From the human T2T-CHM13v2.0 reference genome, Homo sapiens, in the NCBI RefSeq assembly GCF_009914755.1, contig NC_060937.1: a stretch of 64,000 nucleotides of DNA, one strand, 5' to 3'. Shown in pieces: positions 16,799 to 26,356 of the stretch. The notes beneath the pieces were generated by a model that made no database searches, had not been told where the DNA came from, and worked only from the letters and a program-made list of their open reading frames with translations. How positions within the stretch are numbered: the stretch's first letter is position 1; each line of letters opens with the position of its first letter. Both the position numbers and the translations under genes were made by a program.

Positions 16799-16936
16799 CT
16801 GTGAAGGTAAACTGCCTCTTGGGGATTCAATCACCATTTGATTTAATGTTGACTGTTTAATCATATTATAAACTTGTCCAACAGGACTGCATAATTGCCT
16901 TCTTAGCAGAAGAAAAAAAAAAAGTAAACAGCTTAC

Positions 16937-16973
16937 CTTGCAACTCCAGTTTCTTAAGAAGCCCATTACATTC
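16937..16973 (-). other. Candidate 37-nt exon of an unidentified minus-strand transcript
   Basis: Minus strand: tcttttgatgttttcag|GAATGTAATGGGCTTCTTAAGAAACTGGAGTTGCAAG|gtaagc, with consensus acceptor and donor. Confidence 0.4.
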
Positions 16974-17199
16974 CTGAAAACATCAAAAGATTTGTCAGCA
17001 CTTCCATTATCAATCTCCATTTTCTAGAGTTGCAAGTTGGCTATGAAATTTTACTCTGGGATTAAAATTGACATTTAATATGTTGACCATGGAATAGCCA
17101 TGATCATGCCCTGGGAAGAAGGGTCGGGAAAGAGGGCGGGGTTCTTTTGCCATGCCATTCACATTAGCTAAATTGTTATTTCTCAAACTATAGTAATAA

Positions 17200-17390
17200 T
17201 TTCTGCCATTATTTAGTACTTCATGCTAGGCACACAATATGCACTATATTTAATTCTTTTTACACACTTCAACCAAGAAGGTGATATTATCCTTGATTTG
17301 CAGGTGAGAAAACTAATGCCTACAAGAGTGAAGTCATTTTCCAAGCTCCCATGTTTAATCAGTAGAAAACTGAGCTCAAATACAAGTTCA
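17200..17390 (-). mobile_element. MIR SINE
   Basis: tattatccttgatttgcaggtgagaaaact...agagtgaagtcattttccaag core. Confidence 0.7.
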
Positions 17391-18740
17391 GAGTGCCATG
17401 GAGCTTCCTACTACAGAATTGCTGATTAAACTCGCCCATGTGGATGGGGTACGAAGGAGGGACAAGAGCTAACAACGAAAAATGGGATCTTTACAATTCA
17501 GCAGCCAACCTACTTCACCTCAATTGCCAGAGGCGACTGTCTCATTCCATAGCCAATTATAGTTCCCGTGGATATTTTTGCTGCCTCTCTTGAAGGGAAA
17601 AATTATACTAATAAGTCAGGATTAGAAAAAGACATTCCACTCATTTGACAGCTTGCCATATTTCCGTAACAAACAGTGATTTGATTAGAGAAAATGAGGT
17701 TGGGAAATAATCACTTTGATACAAAATATGAACTAATTGGTGTAGGTGTTTTCATTAAAAAGAAGTTCACTGTAGTTATAATTCACTAATTTAAATAACA
17801 ATTGTCTCCCACTTATGTTCCTTATGAGTTCTTGAGCAAAAGCGAGTAAATAGTTTCTCACAGAGAAAGTCTAGGCACCTGACATCTAGACTAATATGAC
17901 AGATCACATTGCTCAGCATGTTTGAAATTCATTTTAACTTACAAATACATCTAAAATCATTTTGAGAGTAAGTGCTGAATAGTGTTGATGGCTATGCTAA
18001 TTCTGTGGCATCTTGACTTTGGGGGTGAAAGCAAATTTCAGAGGCAAGAGGAATTGTATTCCTGTTTTAAAAGGCAGACTGGTATGTGAGCCTAACTGAA
18101 AATTTGATTTCTGTTTATTATCTTCCTACTTTTGCAATTATGGCCATCAACATTATCAACATCAAATATTTATTGAGCATCTCCTAGGTAAGTAGTGCTG
18201 TAAGAGTTGTCCTCAGAACAAAGTTAGGCAGAGCCAAATCTTCTCAATACACCCAGTTTGGCCAAAGCTTGTTGATTTGATCTTTTAGCCCGTCATTATG
18301 ATTAATTGCGAAGCGAACAATTGGAATGACTAAGCAGTAATCAGAAGAGAAACTTAACAGCAAGAATAACCAAATAGCCTCCAGCCCAGTCTTTTAAAAT
18401 TGGATACATTTGACTTCACATCCAGGCTCCAGGATGTTTTAAATCTGTTAAAGAGGCAATACCATAAAATATTTCATTGGCATAGGTGTAAAGATAACCA
18501 ATCGTCAATTACACTGAAACTGATGACATCTAAGGTAAAGTTAATTTTTCAATTTTTGATTGAGAGGATCAATTCAACTTATTAGAAATATTTACATGAT
18601 ATTTAGATAATAGGCATAAACTTGATTGTCTTTTATTCCCACATACTGTCTGTTATTCAGTAGTGGCTGAAAGGGAATGTGTATAAAACAAAAATTCTAA
18701 CAGCTGTTTTCAACCCCACAAACTGGATGATCTTACTTAC

Positions 18741-18940
18741 CTGAGGGAAGGTGAGACTCAAAAACATAGTCATTTTTAAAAAGGACAGTCATCACTGAAA
18801 GCAGTAATGCTTCAGCAGAGATACTTAATCAGGAAAGCAGATCGTCCCCTCCTGGCCAAACTGCCATCAGGAAGCTTGTTCTTAGTAAGCAGGATGGTTC
18901 TCAGAGCTGGAGCAGCAGACAAAACTGGGTTGAATTTATA
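18741..18940 (-). promoter_or_regulatory. Candidate TATA promoter and first exon ending in a perfect donor
   Basis: Minus TATAAA at 18940-18935, CA initiator-like dinucleotide at about 18909-18908, donor CAG|GTAAGT with exon end at 18741. Confidence 0.35.
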
Positions 18941-19609
18941 TTCCTTCTTTTTTCCTGAATAAAGACCTGCTGAAAAGTTTAAGTAACTAGCCACTTCTCT
19001 CTTGTCTGCTTTGTTGTTGTACTGTAATAGTTCTCTGATAATTTTCCGAACCCTGTAGATCAGAGGCCTCCCAGGAAGATTGAGTGGGTTGATTAGGAAG
19101 CCCCAGGTTGCTGGATTAAACTTAAAATGCCTCTAATCCTAAAATCCATGTCAGGACAACTTGTCTTGTGCCATTTGGCATGTCTGTGTCTGACCCTCCT
19201 TGCTACTTTGCATGCATTATCAATTCTCTTACTAAGTCAGAATTTTGCTTTGACTTACAGAAAGCTCACATCTGCTTTTAGTTGCTTTAATTCTGCTTTT
19301 GTCTCTGCCCGAACTAAGTCTTAGAGAACTTCCTACTGCAATTGGAAGAGCTAAACTTTAGGACAAGTTTGTGTGTGTCTGCCTTCTTGCTGTTATAGCT
19401 GAAAAGGTCTTGGTTGCCTTACTGAGGTGTCAGAAACTGAAGATCCAATTGCTACTTAATTTCCCCAGAATGGTCTGACCAGAAATGGTTATGGCCTCAA
19501 AGAACCACAGAGGGGCGGCAATTATCCATTTTGGTGACACAGAAGCTCCAATTCTCTTAATATAAAGGAGGTGGAGTGGAATGTGAGGTGGGTTACAATG
19601 GTATTTAGC

Positions 19610-20035
19610 ACAGTGGAGGCTGGCTAATTGCTCACCAAACCCATTTTCTCTTCTTCATGGGAACATATCAATCCACATTTCCCAGCCATCTTTGTAGGTA
19701 AGTGTGGCCATATAACTGAGTTCTAGCCAACAAAATCTAAACTGACTTGATATGGACTATTACCATGTTGGGCAGATAAAATCTTCCTACCTTGAATTCT
19801 CCATACTCTTTCCCTATTCCCCAGGCTTCAGACAAATACCAATGGTGACCTTAAAAGCCACAAATTGAAAATGGCAAACTCAAAAGATTGAACAAACCTG
19901 AATTCGTGTTCACCATTTTGGGAGGAATATGGAGCCAATCGGGAAAGTCTGTTGCAAACTTCGTATGAATGAGAAATAAAGTCTATGGTACAATAACAAT
20001 TAAAGTTGGGGTTCATATTTTTAAACAGCTGTTAT
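19610..20035 (+). mobile_element. MLT1-type MaLR LTR (MLT1J/H-like)
   Basis: cacatttcccagccatctttgtaggtaagtgtggccatataactgagttctagccaa ... atgaatgagaaataaag. Confidence 0.7.
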
Positions 20036-20049
20036 TATTTAAAATAATA

Positions 20050-21100
20050 GACTGGGTGTGGTGGCTCATGACTCTAATCTCAGCACTTTGGGGAGCCAAG
20101 ACAGGAAGAATGCTTGAGTCCAGGAGTTTGAGACCAGCCTGGGCAACATGGTTGTTACAGGTAGTTAGGCATGAGCAGAGCAGAAAAGGAATCCCTGCCC
20201 CTCCAGCCCCCACCAGGAATGACAGGCAACCATCAGGTGATGGTTCACCAGTTATCACACTGCCTCTCTAAAAATGATAATTGGCAGCCTGCACCAGGGA
20301 GAGGCAATTCCTGACGGTACACAGTTGTCACACTAAAGTGATAATTGATTGCAGGCGCCAGGAAGAGGCAGTTTGCCAAACACATAAAAACACTTGAAAT
20401 TGGTAATCAGTTTCCAATAAAATCTCAGGAATTGGGCAAGTGAGCGCAGTCATATGCATTAAGAGATAAAATGACAGAGTATGACCTGCTGAGGGCCCAG
20501 AAAAAGGGAGGAAAGCCTCAGATGGGTATATGTACAACTTCCTAAACACACTGTGCATGCTCACCTACCAAATGTAAGGAGGGCACTGTGCATGTGGGGA
20601 GCTCACCCTTAGGGAAGAATAAAGGGAAAAGGCACAAGATATGGGAAGTGGGCCAGCATATAAAGTCCTAGGATCAAAGATAAATGGGGTACTTGTCCTT
20701 CAAGTCGCCCACTTGGGTCTCTTTCAAGTGTACTTTTTCTTTTTTTCCTGCTGTAAAACTTTTTGTTAATAAACTTGGACACCTGTTCTGAAACATGCCT
20801 CTGTCTCTTTTCTTGCCTTATTCCCCTCAATCAAATTATTTCTTTTGAGGAGGCAAGAATTGAGGTTGCTTCAGACCCATATGGATTCATCACCAATAAC
20901 TCAGATACCTTCTACCACTAACATGGTGAGACTCTGCCTCTACAAAAAAATTAGAAAAATTAGCTGAACATTGTGGTATACACCTGTTGTCCTAGCTACC
21001 TGGGAGGCTAAGGTGAGATTATTGCTTCAGCCCAGTATGTTAAGGCTGCAGTGAGCCACATTTGTGAACCTGAACTCCAGCCTAGTCAATAGCATGAGAC
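20050..21100 (+). mobile_element. AluJ-like SINE split by an LTR (20050-20152 and 20924-21100)
   Basis: Left part ends agcctgggcaacatggt; resumes tggtgagactctgcctctacaaaaaaa...aaggctgcagtgagcc. Confidence 0.9.
20153..20923 (+). mobile_element. ERV1 (MER4-group, MER50-like) solo LTR
   Basis: TG...CA termini (tgttacaggtagttaggc...ccactaaca), 4-bp TSD tggt at 20149-20152 and 20924-20927; accaggaatgacaggcaaccatcaggtgatgg motif. Confidence 0.85.
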
Positions 21101-21303
21101 AAGGAAAGAAAGAAAAAGAAAGAAAGAAAGAAAGAGAGAAAAAGAGGAAGAGAGGAAGGGAAAGAGAAAGGAAAGGAAGAAGGAAGAAAGGAAGGAAGGA
21201 AGGAAAGAGAAAACAGAAGAGAAGAGAAGGGAAGAGAAGAAAAGAAAAGAAAAAAAGAAAAGAAAAGACAAGGAAAATAAAAGGAAAGGAAAGAAAAGAA
21301 GGA
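21101..21303 (+). repeat. GA-rich compound repeat derived from the Alu tail
   Basis: About 200 bp almost purely A/G: (GAAA)n, (GGAA)n, (GAAGA)n. Confidence 0.9.
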
Positions 21304-21309
21304 ACTGCC

Positions 21310-22150
21310 AAAGAAAATTGTATGGCATTGGTTTATTGGTCACGGAGCAGATGAAAAGGAAACTATCAGAGACTTGAAAGATGGAGACCCATGGGATGCA
21401 AGACTTTTGGTGAAACAACTGTTAACTATGATACTTAGAAGGCAGATCAAGTAACTACTGAGCTTGATTCCTGGGGGAATGATTGGAAGTAGTCAGTGTG
21501 TTGGCATTCCTTTTGCTTTTTGCAAAATATTACAAGAAAGAAAGGAATTGAGAAAAAAAATGGCCACTTTGCAAGCAGAAGTGAAATAAATGTAGAGAAC
21601 CCAAAATCTGGAGCTACAAATTATAGGAAACCTGCATGCCCAAAAGAAAGTGATAGGATTTTAAAAAGCGTCCGGAGACAAGGACCAGATAAAGTTTCTC
21701 ATGAGAACAAAATGACTGAGACTGTGGCAAAAATCAGATTACACACGTGAATTCCTCCCCTTTTACTTTTGGTAGCCTGAAATTCATAACTGACCACTAA
21801 TTTGAGGAAAGTAGGGCATAAAAAAGTAAATTTGGCTTAGCATTATGTCTAGAAAATAATTTCAGTTCATTTATTGGCACATGGAATTGACTAGAAACAA
21901 GTGAGTTAGAAATCTACTCAGAGTTTGAGTGAATTTCTTTGTGAAAGAAATCCATAAACTTACTTCCAAAATGTCTTAGACAATTTGACACTAAAACAAA
22001 GAAATAGTTGGGTTCCCCAAACTGCATTAAAACGAAACAGTGTAGTAAACATTGGCATAATCCAAGGCCCCTTCAGATGTGACCACAGAGGAAACTAGAC
22101 AATGAAAACCAGGAAGATAGGATTTGTTCAATCACACATAGATGATCAAA
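21310..22150 (+). mobile_element. Probable MaLR internal (MLT1-int-like) remnant
   Basis: gaaagatggagaccc...gaaggcagatcaagtaactactgagcttg...ccttttgctttttgcaaaatattacaagaaag resembles recalled MaLR-int text and lies downstream of the MLT1 LTR; 3' end uncertain. Confidence 0.45.
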
Positions 22151-22809
22151 CAAAACCCATCATAAGATAAGAAGAAGGATAGGGATGTGGATAGACAGTT
22201 AGGTGGTCACATACATATGAAAAAGCTAGAAATAGAATATGTTAGTCCTATTGACACCTAAGGCCAAAAACATGGAGACTTTGGTCAAAATATGGCTCTG
22301 ATACTTAATCTCTCCAGATTCATATCCCTAATTTCTGGCATTCTATGATTATCTTGTCGCAATGGAAATACCATTAAATATCACTTGAATTTTAAAATAT
22401 TGCCAGATGGTCTACTGATCTACTATATGCAAAAAAATCAAAAGCCTCCTTTAAGAGTAAAGAATATGATGTTCTATGTGTCTCTTCTCCAAATCTCCTT
22501 AACAGTAGGGAAAAAAGAGAAGATAATATTGAAGAAGAAAACAAACACAACCTTTTTATAGTGAGATTTGATTTCCCCATGGTTAAGTTGATTTGCTGAA
22601 ATAATACTGTAGTTGAAATTCATTGATATATTGATTGATGCTATATTTCATGTAATAATTTTATATTCATTCTTTTTCATGTAATCTGTTCCCCCATCCT
22701 TTTTTATAACACACGCACTAACTAAACCAAATTTTTTTATTTTAAATATTTCTGAAAGAAGTAACATTATCAGTGACCCTGTTGATCTAGCCAAAGACTA
22801 TAATCATTG

Positions 22810-23576
22810 ACCTCTCTCATTCACTTTCACACCATCGGATCAATTACCAGATCTAGTAAATTCTAGCTCCTAAATTTCTGACAAATCTAGTCACATCTCT
22901 TCATTCTCATTTCACCTCCCTTCACAGGAAACTTTATCACTCTTCTATGGTAATAGCTCTTTAATTGATCTCCCAGTCTCTATTCTTACTCATTTCCAAA
23001 CAATTCTCCACTCTGAAGTCAGAAAGATCTTTATAAAATGCAGTTTATCACATCACTTCCCTGATTAAATTATCAATGTCTCAGTATTGCTCTGCAGATA
23101 ATAACCCCCTTTAACATTGCCTACAATGTCCTTTGTGGTCAATTAATTGCTTATCTCTCCAATCTTACCTCACAGGCAAAAATATCTCACAATCAGTGTT
23201 CCAAATTTGTTAAAATACTTTTTTCCCACATAATGCTCACTCTCACTATTAATTTTACAACTTTGCACCTGCAAAACTTTTTGCTGAAGCTTTTCTCTCC
23301 TTCATACTTTACATTTTAGAAGTTTAACTCCATTCCTGCTTAATGTCTCAGCCATTCTTCGTCAGCCTCAGCTGGTGGCAGGTGCTCTTTCTACATATTT
23401 GCACAACCTCCTCCTGCATTTACTCATCATTACAGTCCTTATGGCATGGTAGCTGCCTGTTTACCCCTATGTATCATCCTTTTTGAATGAAAAGAAAGGA
23501 TCTTGCATGGCAAACTTGCAAAGCATTTGCTCTGCATAGTAAATTGTAACTAATTTTGCGTTGAACGAATGAACAA
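22810..23576 (+). mobile_element. L2 LINE 3' portion
   Basis: ggtaatagctctttaattgatctcccagtctc...agaaagatctttataaaatgcag... ending ttgaacgaatgaac. Confidence 0.75.
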
Positions 23577-24599
23577 AAGGTATTTATGCAAGTGTGTCTA
23601 TGCACCATGTGGAGAGGATCTCACAACAATAATTCACTTTAGAAATTCTCTGCTTATGAGGCCCCGGGATTGTGTTGGGAGGTATAAATATCAATCAGTT
23701 CTATACGCTATAGATTTGAGAAGTTTTAAACTCCCCAACCAGAGACCAAAAATTGGGATGAAGGAAAATCACTTGTTCAGTTTTTTTCTCACAAATATTA
23801 TGTCAGCATAAAACATGTTTTTCAAGACTGAGGATAGACGAGCAAGAGCAACACTATGAATGTATGACAGATTATAGAAAATTGGGTGATTGAAAAGAAA
23901 AACCAGAAGATATGAAAGAAGAACCCATAAAATTATGGCAGAAACAGAAGAAAGTAATGATAGAAGCAATAGTAATATTGCATCGGTAAGAATAAATACT
24001 CGCCATTTTCAAAAGAGCTGAGGAAGATGAGCCCTCCCTGAATTTAAGGAAGAAACTAAGACAAACTGAGGATTTTTTCCTTAAGCAATGGAAAAACATC
24101 AAAAAATGAATGAATAAAATTTTAGAAAAGGCTTTTGAGGAAAATGAAAACAAGTAGCAGAATTTAAGATTGCATTATTTGTAACAATGAGCACGGTTTT
24201 TGATGAAGAATATATAGCCAGTTATGGGAACCAAAAACTGAGACAGTCCCCCAAGGACAAGCAGATAGAAGATAATATAGCAAACTAATAGATATATAAG
24301 ATCAAGAATGAGAGACAGCATACAGATCATTGATATTCACAAATGAAAGACCAAAATATTGCACCACAATAAATTTATACACGCACACAAAATTCAAATT
24401 TACCCAAAGAAAAACTGAACAGCAACTCTATCATGTTACAGGGGAATACACAACCAATATCTTCATGTTTCATTCAAGCAGTCAAGTATCTCCAGGCACT
24501 TGAAGAAGGGTTCTAAAATTATAGTTCAGAGGCTTAGACAAAGCCTAAACATCATCAAAATGTAATATACTCAGAGCAATATGAGATGAAGTAACATCA

Positions 24600-25125
24600 A
24601 TAAAATACCAGATGTTTATTAAATAAAAATGTGCAAAGAATAAGAAGAGCTCTGCATTTTTTAAAAAAACAGAAAAGTGAAAATTTTACACATACAGATA
24701 CATATGTAAGATATATATTTAACAGAAGGATTAAAGTAGCTCAAAAAGTGATTAGCAATATTAGAGAAAAGAAAAAAATGGATCCAGCTATGAGCAAGAA
24801 TCTGAAATATTTTGCATTTCAGAAAGAGAAAAAAGCAAAAATTTGTGGGAGCAATCATAAAAGGAGCAATTCAATAGTTTCTTTGACTTGAAGAACTTGA
24901 GTGCCAGATTAAGAGAATCCACAGAGTATCCAGCAGGAGAAAGAAAAAGACCTACACCAAGATAAATCATTGTGAAACCTCAGAAGGAGGTTTTGAGGGA
25001 TAGAAGATAACAGAAGATATCTGAGGGAAAAAATGACAATGAAAACAAAATGCAAAACAATGCAGGTTTATTTAATAGATGGTTGAGTAATTCAACATTA
25101 GGAAATCTATCAATGTAATTCATAA
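24600..25125 (+). mobile_element. Old L1M ORF1/ORF2 fragments
   Basis: cagattaagagaatccacagagtatccagc...cctacaccaagataaatcattgtgaaa (ORF1-like) and ttcaacattaggaaatctatcaatgtaattcat (ORF2 [11 protein letters not shown]-like). Confidence 0.6.
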
Positions 25126-25148
25126 ATCATTGTATCTGTCTATCTAGA

Positions 25149-25297
25149 TGTTTTGTGTGCTTTAAAAAGCATACAAATATATCTATGTCTCTCTCTATAT
25201 ATATAATATACAAAACCATGTATATATTGAACAAAGACTTACCATGGAACCAAGCATTATCCCCCCTCAAAATATATGGACATCTATCTATTATCTG

Positions 25298-25335
<38 letters not shown>

Positions 25336-25361
25336 ATCTGTTTTGTATGTTTTTTAAAGCA

Positions 25362-25405
<44 letters not shown>

Positions 25406-25481
25406 GTATACAAAACCATGTATATATTTAACTAAGACTTACCATGGAAACAAGCATTATTCCCCCTCAAAATATATGAAC

Positions 25482-25515
<34 letters not shown>

Positions 25516-25545
25516 CATCCATCTACCTATCTCTCTCTCTCTCTA
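25149..25545. repeat. Tandem duplication of a 190-200 bp unit containing (CT)n/(TA)n/(TATC)n microsatellites
   Basis: caaaaccatgtatatatt at 25211 and 25411; cccctcaaaatatatg at about 25263 and 25463. Confidence 0.9.
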
Positions 25546-25619
25546 TCCCTCCACAGATAGACAGATATCTGTTGATCTCTTCACCCACAGAGCATAATTA
25601 CATCTGTATTAGCAAACAG

Positions 25620-25640
25620 CAACAACAACAACAACAACAA
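25620..25640. repeat. (CAA)n microsatellite
   Basis: caacaacaacaacaacaacaa. Confidence 0.85.
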
Positions 25641-26308
25641 AAACTGGAAGGATAAGTAGTTACCTGTTATTGATGGGAATAGAAAGGTTTTATTATTTTT
25701 TTTTACTTTATCTATAGTTTTACTTGCCTATAAAATGTATGCATTTAGGCTCTAAAATAGTACTGAAAATAATATAACAAAAAAGCATCCGGTTCTTATT
25801 TTAACAAAGGGCCAAGTTATTTGTCAGAATAGAACAGCTCTTTTGTGAAAGAACCCTCAACTAGAATTGAGGTTTCCTATGTCCAGAAGTCTTTCTATGA
25901 GTGGCTTCAATTTTTTCCTCATTGAGCTAGAAACTCAGAGATGAATCTCAAAGGTCCCCAAAAACGAAAGGGGAGGAAGAAGCTGGTTATCGTTTTGCTC
26001 TCCTAACCTGAGTTCCTGCCAGTCTATCAGCTTTACATAATAAATGTTCATCCGCATTTCTTCTCAAGAGAAGGGTTATTTGCTTTAAGCAGTTTAAACC
26101 ACTTAGGTTATAACAGCAATCTTATATTTCTAAGTTATTATTTATCCTCTTGCTTCTAGTTAGCTAGAATGCTATGAGAATACCTTTTATTGATTTTGGG
26201 CCATCATTTCTTTATTCAGTTACTTAAGTCACATGGAATTTTAGAATTTGAACTCATCCCTGACATCTAAAGTCTCTTCATTTAATTGGGATTTTCTCCT
26301 GTCTCTTA

Positions 26309-26356
26309 CAAGCGAAGCTCCACGGTATGTTCCAAGCGAAGCTCCACGGTATGTTC
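26309..26356. repeat. Perfect 24-bp tandem duplication
   Basis: caagcgaagctccacggtatgttc x2. Confidence 0.95.

Noticed and set aside
19503-19520. CTCF-like motif accacagaggggcggca (also about 17525)
   Set aside because: Several mismatches to the core consensus
21027-21418. Lys/Arg/Glu-rich and Phe/Ser/Leu-rich ORFs (also 58590-58931)
   Set aside because: Translations of GA-rich simple repeats
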